DNA from: Escherichia coli
GTDB taxonomy: Bacteria > Pseudomonadota > Gammaproteobacteria > Enterobacterales > Enterobacteriaceae
Assembly: GCF_003334765.1 (NCBI RefSeq)
Contig: NZ_QOWT01000004.1
Reading direction: 5' to 3' (one strand)
Length of the DNA: 64,000 nt
In this document: piece after piece, positions 50,071-62,728 of the stretch
Layout: each line of letters begins with the position of its first letter
Numbering within the stretch: position 1 is the first letter of the stretch
Position numbers and translations under genes: made by a program
Notes under the pieces: model-generated
Seen by the model: only the letters and a program-made list of their open reading frames with translations
Told to the model about the DNA's origin: nothing
The model's database searches: none

Positions 50071-50084
50071 TTGATTAACATCAA
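50071..50084. promoter_or_regulatory. FNR binding site in the ndh promoter (perfect TTGAT-N4-ATCAA)
   Basis: TTGATTAACATCAA ~140 nt upstream of the ndh start; ndh is a well-known FNR-repressed gene. Confidence 0.8.
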
Positions 50085-50220
50085 TTTTGGTATGACCAAT
50101 GCACCATTCATGTTATTCTCAATAGCGAAGAACATTTTCATTGCTGTAACCTGTTGTTAATTAAGAGCTATGTTAATAACCATTAATTAACAATTGGTTA
50201 ATAAATTTAAGGGGGTCACG

Positions 50221-51525
50221 TTGACTACGCCATTGAAAAAGATTGTGATTGTCGGCGGCGGTGCTGGTGGGCTGGAAATGGCAACACAGCTGGGGCATAA
50301 GCTGGGACGCAAGAAAAAAGCCAAAATTACGCTGGTCGATCGTAACCACAGCCACCTGTGGAAACCGCTGCTGCACGAAGTGGCGACTGGCTCGCTTGAT
50401 GAAGGCGTCGATGCGTTGAGCTATCTGGCCCATGCGCGCAATCATGGTTTCCAGTTCCAGCTGGGTTCCGTCATTGATATTGATCGTGAAGCGAAAACAA
50501 TCACTATTGCAGAACTGCGCGACGAGAAAGGTGAACTGCTGGTTCCGGAACGTAAAATCGCCTATGACACCCTGGTAATGGCGCTGGGTAGCACCTCTAA
50601 CGATTTCAATACGCCAGGTGTCAAAGAGAACTGCATTTTCCTCGATAACCCGCACCAGGCGCGTCGCTTCCACCAGGAGATGCTGAATTTGTTCCTGAAA
50701 TACTCCGCCAACCTGGGCGCGAATGGCAAAGTGAACATTGCGATTGTCGGCGGCGGCGCGACGGGTGTAGAACTCTCCGCTGAATTGCACAACGCGGTCA
50801 AGCAACTGCACAGCTACGGTTACAAAGGCCTGACCAACGAAGCCCTGAACGTAACGCTGGTAGAAGCGGGAGAACGTATTTTGCCTGCGTTACCGCCACG
50901 TATCTCTGCTGCGGCCCACAACGAGCTAACGAAACTTGGCGTTCGCGTGCTGACGCAAACCATGGTCACCAGTGCTGATGAAGGCGGCCTGCACACTAAA
51001 GATGGCGAATATATTGAGGCTGATCTGATGGTATGGGCAGCCGGGATCAAAGCGCCAGACTTCCTGAAAGATATCGGTGGTCTTGAAACTAACCGTATCA
51101 ACCAGCTGGTGGTGGAACCGACGCTGCAAACCACCCGCGATCCAGACATTTACGCTATTGGCGACTGCGCGTCATGCCCGCGTCCGGAAGGGGGCTTTGT
51201 TCCGCCGCGTGCTCAGGCTGCACACCAGATGGCGACTTGCGCAATGAACAACATTCTGGCGCAGATGAACGGTAAGCCGCTGAAAAATTATCAGTATAAA
51301 GATCATGGTTCGCTGGTATCGCTGTCGAACTTCTCCACCGTCGGTAGCCTGATGGGTAACCTGACGCGCGGCTCAATGATGATTGAAGGACGAATTGCGC
51401 GCTTTGTATATATCTCGCTATACCGAATGCATCAGATTGCGCTGCATGGTTACTTTAAAACCGGATTAATGATGCTGGTGGGGAGTATTAACCGCGTTAT
51501 CCGTCCGCGTTTGAAGTTGCATTAA
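50221..51525 (+). CDS. ndh: Type II NADH:quinone oxidoreductase NDH-2, 434 aa, TTG start
   Basis: ORF 50194-51525; recalled protein begins (M)[53 protein letters not shown] at TTG 50221, preceded by GGGGG; two GxGxxG dinucleotide folds. Confidence 0.93.
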
Positions 51526-51540
51526 TCGACGTACACTGGC

Positions 51541-51572
51541 GGATGTGGCATAAACGCCTCATCCGCCCTTGA
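51541..51572. repeat. Degenerate REP-like palindrome downstream of ndh
   Basis: GGCGGATGTGGCATAAACGCCTCATCCGCC resembles REP consensus GCCGGATGCGGCGTAAACGCCTTATCCGGC. Confidence 0.5.
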
Positions 51573-51734
51573 GGAACAGCGCGATCGGCAGCCGCGTTGT
51601 ATCAGGCATCCTTTCAGACTCCTCCGAATCCTTAAGTATTTCCAGCCATTCCCGCGCTTTTCATCTTCTGTCTGATAGCTGCTTTTCTCCTTCGCTTGCA
51701 TGATTGGCATAACTGCAAAGAAGGAGGTGTTCCC

Positions 51735-52274
51735 GTGAATAAATCAATGTTGGCGGGTATCGGGATTGGTGTCGCAGCTGCGCTGGGCGTAGCGGCAGTG
51801 GCCAGTCTGAACGTGTTTGAACGGGGCCCGCAATACGCTCAGGTTGTTTCTGCAACCCCAATCAAGGAAACGGTTAAAACACCGCGTCAGGAGTGTCGCA
51901 ACGTCACAGTGACCCATCGTCGACCGGTGCAGGATGAAAATCGCATTACCGGGTCGGTGCTCGGCGCTGTTGCTGGCGGCGTGATAGGGCATCAGTTTGG
52001 TGGTGGTCGCGGTAAAGATGTCGCCACTGTTGTGGGGGCGCTGGGTGGTGGATATGCCGGTAACCAGATCCAGGGCTCTCTCCAGGAAAGCGATACTTAC
52101 ACGACTACGCAACAGCGTTGTAAAACGGTGTATGACAAGTCAGAAAAAATGCTCGGTTATGATGTGACCTATAAGATTGGCGATCAGCAGGGCAAAATCC
52201 GCATGGACCGCGATCCGGGTACGCAGATCCCGCTAGATAGCAACGGGCAACTGATTTTGAATAACAAAGTATAA
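51735..52274 (+). CDS. ycfJ: Predicted lipoprotein YcfJ (glycine-zipper), 179 aa, GTG start
   Basis: ORF 51696-52274; recalled protein begins (M)NKSMLAGIGIGVAAALGVAAVASL at GTG 51735, preceded by strong RBS AAGGAGGTG. Confidence 0.85.
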   Translation: MNKSMLAGIGIGVAAALGVAAVASLNVFERGPQYAQVVSATPIKETVKTPRQECRNVTVTHRRPVQDENRITGSVLGAVAGGVIGHQFGGGRGKDVATVVGALGGGYAGNQIQGSLQESDTYTTTQQRCKTVYDKSEKMLGYDVTYKIGDQQGKIRMDRDPGTQIPLDSNGQLILNNKV

Positions 52275-52296
52275 CAAGGCTGTACTCTGCAATTTG

Positions 52297-52330
52297 GCCC
52301 CTCATTCGCTCAGGCTGAGGGGCTTTTTTT
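52297..52330 (+). terminator. Rho-independent terminator of ycfJ
   Basis: Hairpin GCCCCTCA / TGAGGGGC followed by TTTTTTT. Confidence 0.8.
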
Positions 52331-52335
52331 GCGAC

Positions 52336-52968
52336 TTATTTCACCAGTTCGGGCCATAAACGCAAAGTCGTTCCGGCAATCTGCATCAGTTTTTCCAGCG
52401 ATGCACCTTCGCGTGCGCTGATCGACATCCCCTGAATAATACAATTAAGGAATTCTGCCAGATGTGTCACGTCACAGTGGGGCGGGATTTCCCCGCGCGC
52501 TTGTCGTTGACATAAAAACTGCTGCAAAGTGCGCTCTTGCATCGCATGGCGTGATTTCAACGTATTGGCGATATCTCCTGAATCTGGGGAGAGGGTGGTG
52601 CAGTTGTTGATCATGAAGCAGCCTGCCGGGGTGTCTTTGCTGGTAAAGCAGTTGGCGATGGCAGCAAAATAGTCAGCCAGCGCAGACTCCACGCTTTTCT
52701 CTTCACAAAACAGCTGTGCTTCATGCTTAGCGGCAAAACGATCGATATAGCGGTCGAGAACGGCACGAAATAACCCCTCTTTGTTGGTAAATTCCGCGTA
52801 TAGCGTGGGCGCTTTGGCTCCGGTCGCTTCGACGAGGTCCGCAAGAGAAGTCGCTTCATAACCGTGTTGCCAGAACAATTTCATGGCCTTATCAAGCGCG
52901 GCATCCCTGTCGAACACTTTTGGGCGGCCACGGCTTTTTTTTACACATTGTGTTGAGTCAGTTGCCAT
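52336..52968 (-). CDS. comR: TetR-family copper-responsive repressor ComR (YcfQ), 210 aa
   Basis: ORF 52336-53046; recognised start at internal Met MATDSTQCVKKSRGRPKVFDRDAALDKAMKLFWQHGYEATSLADLVEATG... (TetR HTH). Confidence 0.88.
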   Translation of the reverse strand: MATDSTQCVKKSRGRPKVFDRDAALDKAMKLFWQHGYEATSLADLVEATGAKAPTLYAEFTNKEGLFRAVLDRYIDRFAAKHEAQLFCEEKSVESALADYFAAIANCFTSKDTPAGCFMINNCTTLSPDSGDIANTLKSRHAMQERTLQQFLCQRQARGEIPPHCDVTHLAEFLNCIIQGMSISAREGASLEKLMQIAGTTLRLWPELVK

Positions 52969-53123
52969 GATGCCGTTGTACCTGGTGACTGTGAATGAAA
53001 GGTTATTATAAAAATAATCACCTCCGTTCACCAGTCCAGATCCCATAAAAATAATTGCTTTCTATTTAACTGAAATTTAAAGATTTTTAAATTAATTAAT
53101 GATTGTTATAAAAAATATCTTGT

Positions 53124-53141
53124 ATGTGATCCAGATCACAT
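53124..53141. promoter_or_regulatory. 18-bp perfect palindrome (CRP-type core) in the comR-bhsA divergent promoter region; candidate operator
   Basis: ATGTGATC-CA-GATCACAT, 8-bp perfect arms; core TGTGA-N6-TCACA equals the CRP consensus; ~68 nt upstream of bhsA ATG. Confidence 0.55.
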
Positions 53142-53208
53142 CTATCATTTAGTTATCGATCGTTAAGTAATTGCTTGCGACGTCATTCATCTGCATAAGG
53201 CCACTATT

Positions 53209-53466
53209 ATGAAAAACGTAAAAACCCTCATCGCTGCGGCGATTTTAAGCTCCATGTCATTTGCCAGCTTTGCGGCTGTCGAAGTTCAGTCAACGCCAGA
53301 AGGCCAACAAAAAGTCGGTACAATCAGTGCTAACGCGGGGACAAATCTGGGATCGCTGGAAGAGCAGCTGGCGCAAAAAGCGGATGAGATGGGCGCAAAA
53401 TCTTTCCGTATTACTTCTGTAACCGGTCCGAATACCCTCCATGGAACAGCAGTAATTTATAAATAA
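53209..53466 (+). CDS. bhsA: Stress-induced outer-membrane protein BhsA (YcfR/ComC, DUF1471), 85 aa
   Basis: ORF-track protein MKNVKTLIAAAILSSMSFASFAAVEVQSTPEGQQKVGTISANAGTNLGSLEEQLAQKADEMGAKSFRITSVTGPNTLHGTAVIYK. Confidence 0.92.
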   Translation: MKNVKTLIAAAILSSMSFASFAAVEVQSTPEGQQKVGTISANAGTNLGSLEEQLAQKADEMGAKSFRITSVTGPNTLHGTAVIYK

Positions 53467-53505
53467 GCATTAACCCTCATTAATGCCTGCTACTGCTGAT
53501 TTTTT

Positions 53506-53538
53506 CCCCGCGACATGCCGTGTCGCGGGGATTTTTTT
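53506..53538 (+). terminator. Rho-independent terminator of bhsA
   Basis: Hairpin CCCCGCGACA-TGCCG-TGTCGCGGGG followed by ATTTTTTT. Confidence 0.8.
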
Positions 53539-53547
53539 ATCCGGGCT

Positions 53548-54510
53548 TTACAGCGTTTGTGGGCTCACTTGATGACGGCGGACATCCACCGGCATCCCGG
53601 AACGGACATCCATCACATGTTGCATCACTTCAGCGTCAGTTTGTGCTGCATCTTTAAATGATTGCATTGCGCTATTCAGCGTAATTGGCAGCAGCTGCGG
53701 ATCGTCATCAATCTTCTCTGACAGCGGCTGATGTACTTCAACCAGACGCGCACCGTTTGGTTCGGCAGAGACTTTTATCGGAGTGTTGATGATATTCACT
53801 TTGGTGCCTGGGGTGACCTGGCTAAAGAGTGTTTTGATATCGTCATCCCGCAGGCGAATACAGCCAGAACTTACCCGCATGCCAATGCCGAAATCGGCGT
53901 TCGTACCATGAAGCAAATAAACGCCGCCATAGGCCGCCAGACGAATCGCATGATGGCCCATTGGGTTATCCGGTCCAGCCGGCACTACCGCAGGCAACTC
54001 AATTCCCTGTGCTTTATAACGGGCGCGGATGTTTGCCGTTGGCGTCCAGGTTGGGTTTGCACGTTTGTCTGAAACGGTGGTCACCATTGTCGGTGTCAGC
54101 GTGTCACCACCTAACTGACCAATACCTATTGGATACACGGTTACCGAATTTTTACCCGGCGGGTAGTAATAGAGACGCAGCTCCGCAATGTTGATCACAA
54201 TGCCTTCGCGCGGCGCATCTGGAAGTAGGGTTTGCAACGGGATCGTTAACACGCTGCCCGCGCGCGGTACGTAAGGATCAACGCCGGGGTTAGCCTGTAA
54301 CAGAGCGAGAAAGCCGACGTTGTATTTTTTGGCGATGGCTTCCAGAGAACCACCGTCATTTTCCACCACATGAAATTTGTTTTCGCCAACCAGACGACTG
54401 CCCGCTGGCGGCAGCGGCCAGGTGTTGGCTTTTGCCGGTAGCGCCAGCGCCACGGCAGCGGCGAACGTAAAAAACGTTAGCCAGCGAGAAAAACGCGTTT
54501 TGATCATCAC
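53548..54510 (-). CDS. ldtC: L,D-transpeptidase LdtC (YcfS), ~320 aa
   Basis: ORF 53548-54513 (M)VMIKTRFSRWLTFFTFAAAVALALPAKA...; YkuD catalytic region with SSGCIRL; start among adjacent TTG/GTG/ATG codons is uncertain. Confidence 0.88.
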   Translation of the reverse strand: MMIKTRFSRWLTFFTFAAAVALALPAKANTWPLPPAGSRLVGENKFHVVENDGGSLEAIAKKYNVGFLALLQANPGVDPYVPRAGSVLTIPLQTLLPDAPREGIVINIAELRLYYYPPGKNSVTVYPIGIGQLGGDTLTPTMVTTVSDKRANPTWTPTANIRARYKAQGIELPAVVPAGPDNPMGHHAIRLAAYGGVYLLHGTNADFGIGMRVSSGCIRLRDDDIKTLFSQVTPGTKVNIINTPIKVSAEPNGARLVEVHQPLSEKIDDDPQLLPITLNSAMQSFKDAAQTDAEVMQHVMDVRSGMPVDVRRHQVSPQTL

Positions 54511-54653
54511 CAAAAATCCATAATAAATATAAGGTTATTGTAATAAACAGATAAGCCTGAATTATGGATGGTGACAGTGTCGGATAGTGCAGGGAAGTGC
54601 AAAGAATTTGTAAATGTTGCAGATGGGGGCGCAGAAACGCCCCCGATTTACCA

Positions 54654-57600
54654 TTAAGCGATCGCGTTCTCTTCCAGTTCACGCATAAACTGGCGTACCC
54701 ATTCGATACGCGTTTTCCGCTCACTCAAATCCTGAATAAATTTCAGGCGCGTCGGACCATCAAGGCGGTAATGCTGCGGCTGTTTTTGCAGCAAACCAAT
54801 CAACCAGGCCGGATTAACGTGATTCTTCTCGGCAAATTCGATCACCCCGCCTTTCTCATTACCTTCCAGCTTCCTGATCCCCAGTTTCTGCGCTTGCTGG
54901 CGCAGACGGGCAATATCCAGCAGGGTACGCGCCGGATCTGGCAGCAGGCCGAAGCGATCGATAAGCTCGACTTTGATCTCTTCCAGTTCGTTTTCCGTTT
55001 TGGCGCTGGCAATACGTTTGTAGAACGACAGACGCGTGTTCACGTCAGGGATGAAATCATCTGGCAATAGCGACGGCATCCGCAGCTCGACTTCTGTTTG
55101 CTGGCTGGTGAGATCTTCCAGCGACGGCTCGCGTCCGGCTTTCAGTGCATCGACGGCGTTTTCCAGCAACTCCATATACAGCGAGAAACCGATGGTTTCC
55201 ATTGAGCCGCTTTGTTCTTCGCCAAGCAGTTCACCCGCGCCGCGAATCTCCAGATCGTGCGTTGCCAGCGCAAAACCTGCCCCGAGATCTTCCAGCGAGG
55301 CAATTGCTTCAAGACGTTTTTGTGCATCGGTAGTCATCGCTTTTGGATGCGGTGTCAGCAACCATGCATATGCCTGATGATGCGAACGTCCGACGCGACC
55401 GCGTAACTGGTGCAGCTGCGCCAGACCGAAGTGATCCGCGCGTTCAATGATAATAGTGTTGGCTGTCGGGATGTCGATCCCGGTTTCGATAATGGTTGTA
55501 CAAACCAGCACGTTGAAACGTTGATGATGGAAATCATTCATCACCCGTTCCAGTTCGCGCTCGCGCATCTGCCCGTGACCGATGGCGATCCGCGCTTCTG
55601 GCACCAGTTCTGCCAGCCGTTCGGCGGCTTTCTGAATGTTTTCCACATCATTGTAGAGATAATAAACCTGTCCTCCGCGCAAAATTTCACGCAGGATCGC
55701 CTCCCGGACCACCATGCTGTCATACTCACGGACAAAGGTTTTAACTGCCAGACGACGGGCGGGCGGCGTGGCGATAATCGACAGGTCACGCATTCCGCTC
55801 ATTGCCATATTCAGCGTACGTGGGATCGGCGTTGCAGTAAGCGTCAGAATATCCACGTTCGCGCGCATCGCTTTAATGCGCTCTTTATGACGCACCCCGA
55901 AGCGGTGTTCTTCATCGACAATCAGCAGGCCTAAATCTTTAAACTTGACGTCACTTTGCAGCAGTTTGTGCGTACCGATCAGAATATCGATTTTCCCTTC
56001 CGCCACTTCCGCAAGGATTTGCGTCTGCTCTTTGGCGCTGCGGAAACGGGAGATCATTTCGATACGTACCGGCCAGTTGGCGAAACGGTCGCGGAAGTTG
56101 TCGTAATGCTGCTGCGCGAGAAGGGTGGTAGGCACCAGCACCGCCACCTGCTTGTGGTTATCTACTGCCAGGAAAGCTGCGCGCATCGCCACTTCTGTTT
56201 TACCAAAGCCAACATCGCCGCACACCAGACGATCCATTGCCAGCGGCTGACACATGTCGCTAAGTACCGCATTAATGGCCTGCGCCTGATCCGGCGTGGT
56301 TTCAAACGGGAAGCTGTCGCAGAACAACTGATACTGCTCACGATCGTGTTTAAACGCGAAGCCCTCTTTGGCGGCGCGTTGCGCGTAGATATCCAGCAAT
56401 TCCGCCGCCACATCACGCACTTTTTCCGCCGCTTTCTGCCGCGCGCGTGACCACGCATCGCCGCCAAGTTTATGCAGCGGGGCGTTTTCTTCCGCGCCAC
56501 CTGCGTAACGGCTAATCAGATGCAGTGACGACACCGGAACATACAGTTTGGCGTCGTTGGCATAGGTGAGCATCAGATACTCGCCAGTAATGCCACCCGC
56601 TTCCAGCGTGGTCATTCCGGCATAACGACCGACGCCGTGCTCCAGATGGACCACCGGCTGACCAATATGCAGTTCCGCAAGGTTACGGATCAGTGTATCG
56701 GGGTTGATGGTGCGGCGAGAATCCTGACGACGACGGGCAACGCGTTCACCGAGCAGATCGCTTTCGCAAATCAGCGCCAGATTACGCACCGTATCGACAA
56801 AACCATGTTCGGCAGCGCCAATCATCAGATAACGCCCACGGTCGCTGGCTTCATCAAGACGCATAATGCGTTGCGGAGCAATTTTAATTCGTGCGAGCAG
56901 TTCACCCAGCGCTTCACGGCGACCTTCACTTTCTACCGAGAACACCACCGGACCGTCGAAAGTCTCGAGGAACTTACGCAGCGCATCCAGCGGCGCTTTT
57001 TGTTGTGCCTGAACGGCCAGGTCTGGCAGTTTCTGGAAACCTAAATTGGCATTCGCGGCTTTTGTCGGTAAATGTTCAGTTTTTAGCTGCACCCGGGGCC
57101 AGTTTTTCAGCTCTGAGAAGAGCTCGTCCACCCGCAGCCAGAGCGATTGTGGTGGCAACAGCGGGCGCATCGGATCGACGCCGCGATTCTCAAAACGCGC
57201 CAGCGTGTCAGCCTGGAAACGTTCGGCACTGGTTTCCAGATCGCCAGTATTCACGAGCAAGGTATTGGCAGGGAAATAACTGAACAGCGGCGGCAGTGGT
57301 TCGCTGAAGAACAATGGCTGCCAGTACTCGATCCCGGCAGGTAATGTGCCTTTACTCACTTGCTGGTAAATATGTTCTGGATCGCGCTTCACTTCGAAGG
57401 TATCGCGCCACTGGCTGCGGAACAGTTCAATTGCCGCTTTATCGGTCGGAAATTCGTGCGCGGGCAGCAGATTGATCGCTTCTACTTCCTCCAGCGTGCG
57501 CTGGCTGTCGACGTCAAACACCCGCAGGCTGTCGATTTCATCATCAAAGAAATCAAGACGATAAGGCAGCTCACTCCCCATCGGGAAGAGATCCAGCAAC

Positions 57601-58100
57601 GCGCCGCGCGTGGCGTATTCGCCGTGCTCCATCACCTGGTCAACATGGCGATAACCGGCGCTGTCCAGTTGGGTTCGTAATGCATCTCGTGACAGGCGCT
57701 GACCTTTTTTCATCACCAGCGCATGACCGTGGAGAAAACTGTGTGGGCAAACGCGCTGCATAAGCGTATTCACCGGAACAATCAGTACGCCACGCTGCAT
57801 CGTCGGTAGCTGGTAAAGGGTGGAAAGGCGCGAGGAGATAATGTCCTGATGAGGCGAAAAACTGTCGTAGGGAAGAGTTTCCCAGTCCGCCAGATTCATC
57901 ACCATTTGATCGGTAAACTGGCTGATTTCATCATGCAAACGCAGAGCATTTTGCATATCTGGTGCAATGAGTACCACCGGACCGGCGTGACGTTCGGCAA
58001 TTTCCGCTACCAGCGTTGCACAGGCTGCGCCGGTTAACTCGCCCAGCAGACGCTGCTCACCCGCTTTGACGGGCAGCGTATAACGATATTGTTCAGGCAT
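54654..58100 (-). CDS. mfd: Transcription-repair coupling factor Mfd, 1148 aa
   Basis: ORF 54654-58163; recognised start at internal Met MPEQYRYTLPVKAGEQRLLGELTGAACATLVAEIAERHAGPVVLIAPDMQNA...; helicase motifs GDVGFGKTEV and DEEHRFG. Confidence 0.95.
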   Translation of the reverse strand: MPEQYRYTLPVKAGEQRLLGELTGAACATLVAEIAERHAGPVVLIAPDMQNALRLHDEISQFTDQMVMNLADWETLPYDSFSPHQDIISSRLSTLYQLPTMQRGVLIVPVNTLMQRVCPHSFLHGHALVMKKGQRLSRDALRTQLDSAGYRHVDQVMEHGEYATRGALLDLFPMGSELPYRLDFFDDEIDSLRVFDVDSQRTLEEVEAINLLPAHEFPTDKAAIELFRSQWRDTFEVKRDPEHIYQQVSKGTLPAGIEYWQPLFFSEPLPPLFSYFPANTLLVNTGDLETSAERFQADTLARFENRGVDPMRPLLPPQSLWLRVDELFSELKNWPRVQLKTEHLPTKAANANLGFQKLPDLAVQAQQKAPLDALRKFLETFDGPVVFSVESEGRREALGELLARIKIAPQRIMRLDEASDRGRYLMIGAAEHGFVDTVRNLALICESDLLGERVARRRQDSRRTINPDTLIRNLAELHIGQPVVHLEHGVGRYAGMTTLEAGGITGEYLMLTYANDAKLYVPVSSLHLISRYAGGAEENAPLHKLGGDAWSRARQKAAEKVRDVAAELLDIYAQRAAKEGFAFKHDREQYQLFCDSFPFETTPDQAQAINAVLSDMCQPLAMDRLVCGDVGFGKTEVAMRAAFLAVDNHKQVAVLVPTTLLAQQHYDNFRDRFANWPVRIEMISRFRSAKEQTQILAEVAEGKIDILIGTHKLLQSDVKFKDLGLLIVDEEHRFGVRHKERIKAMRANVDILTLTATPIPRTLNMAMSGMRDLSIIATPPARRLAVKTFVREYDSMVVREAILREILRGGQVYYLYNDVENIQKAAERLAELVPEARIAIGHGQMRERELERVMNDFHHQRFNVLVCTTIIETGIDIPTANTIIIERADHFGLAQLHQLRGRVGRSHHQAYAWLLTPHPKAMTTDAQKRLEAIASLEDLGAGFALATHDLEIRGAGELLGEEQSGSMETIGFSLYMELLENAVDALKAGREPSLEDLTSQQTEVELRMPSLLPDDFIPDVNTRLSFYKRIASAKTENELEEIKVELIDRFGLLPDPARTLLDIARLRQQAQKLGIRKLEGNEKGGVIEFAEKNHVNPAWLIGLLQKQPQHYRLDGPTRLKFIQDLSERKTRIEWVRQFMRELEENAIA

Positions 58101-58227
58101 AACGGTTGTCAGATTCTCGTTAGGATATGCCTCAACATATGGGGGCATATCTCTGATAAGCAATGCTGTTCATTATCCGTAATCGACATGGTTTAGCAAA
58201 TTGAATCGCCCCGGCTGGGGCGATGGC

Positions 58228-59301
58228 TTAGCGGGAGTAACTGACGGCAGCGGGCAGTGAAGGCGGGGAGAACAACAGATCGCTGAATGCACGCTGTGAA
58301 AGTTTTCTTACCAGCAAGCCCGCAACAGTACAGATGAACAAACTGACAAAGGGATAAACCAGCAGGAGTGTCAGTTCGACTTGCGGCGACCAGCGTGCTG
58401 CGTTCATTTGCGCAAGCAGAGTTAAGCTGAATATTTCAACCAGAATGCGATGGGTGGTGTAGATAGCAATGGTGTTGGAGCCAATCACATTCAGCAGGCT
58501 GGTGGAGCGCATACCGAATCGTTGCTCGTATTGATAAAACAGCTTCATGATCACCACAATCGATACCAGCGACAACAGCAGCGAGATAGTAAACAACCAG
58601 GCACCGACCGCCAGAACGGTAAGCAAAGAAGCCATCAGCAGATGGCGGCGCAACGGCACCTCTTTAACACAGGTCATTATTGTTGCGCCAAACCATGCGC
58701 CAAGGCTGTAATAAGGCAAATTGCGGATCACACTGTTCATTCCCCACCACGGCGTGGGAACGAAATTAACCGCCACACTCAGCAGTACAAACAAGGCGAA
58801 TAGTGGCAGCGCCAGACGGCTAAAAATTTTACATACCACGAAATAGACAATTAACGCATACAGATACCACAAGCTGGTGCTGGCGGTGATCATCCCGTGC
58901 AGGAACTCACCGGTGGAATCGGCATAAGCGGCATTGGAGGCATTGCTTAAATCGCGCTCAGGTGCCAGCCACTGGTTCAGCGCACTTAACGCCAGCCACT
59001 GCACCACGCCCCAAAGCGCCAGCACCCAGAAGATGTTCCAGATCCGTTTATCGAGACAATTTCCCCACGGTACGCTGTCGATATAGCGGCGAATCAAATA
59101 GCCGGATATAAAGAAAAAAACCGGCATACGAAAGGGGGCAAGGTAAAGATTGAAATAGATCCAGCATTTGCTCAGGACTTCCGATAACGGATGCTGAAAA
59201 GTGGTCAGATGCGGATAAAAGGTAATGACCGAGTGATAAATCACCACCAGACAAATACATAACCCTTTGATCTGGTTAATCCATAGCTCTTTTTGTTTCA
59301 T
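58228..59301 (-). CDS. ycfT: Inner-membrane acyltransferase-3-family protein YcfT, 357 aa
   Basis: ORF-track protein MKQKELWINQIKGLCICLVVIYHSVITFYPHLTTFQHPLSEVLSK...; polytopic. Confidence 0.88.
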   Translation of the reverse strand: MKQKELWINQIKGLCICLVVIYHSVITFYPHLTTFQHPLSEVLSKCWIYFNLYLAPFRMPVFFFISGYLIRRYIDSVPWGNCLDKRIWNIFWVLALWGVVQWLALSALNQWLAPERDLSNASNAAYADSTGEFLHGMITASTSLWYLYALIVYFVVCKIFSRLALPLFALFVLLSVAVNFVPTPWWGMNSVIRNLPYYSLGAWFGATIMTCVKEVPLRRHLLMASLLTVLAVGAWLFTISLLLSLVSIVVIMKLFYQYEQRFGMRSTSLLNVIGSNTIAIYTTHRILVEIFSLTLLAQMNAARWSPQVELTLLLVYPFVSLFICTVAGLLVRKLSQRAFSDLLFSPPSLPAAVSYSR

Positions 59302-59451
59302 CAGGACAACACGCTCTTTTTTAATTTACATGCGGTTGATCCTGCGGGTTATGACCCGAGGTGTAATGGGTATCTGTCTGTATTGGATGATTTTTCAGAT
59401 TAAGATCAGGCGGCAAGATTGATGATAAAACATGGCAATTTAGCCGATTGA

Positions 59452-62700
<3,249 letters not shown>

Positions 62701-62728
62701 AGGCAGTACATTAAAACAAGGAGCGGCA

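Noticed and set aside
50173-50811. 212-aa minus-strand ORF antisense to the 5' half of ndh
   Set aside because: Overlaps ndh and its promoter on the opposite strand; no motif; would run into the ndh regulatory region.
59177-59184. CCGATAAC sequence inside ycfT resembling a sigma-28 -10 element
   Set aside because: Lacks the leading G of GCCGATAA and has no TAAA-type -35 at 11-nt spacing; located inside a coding region with no downstream flagellar or chemotaxis gene.
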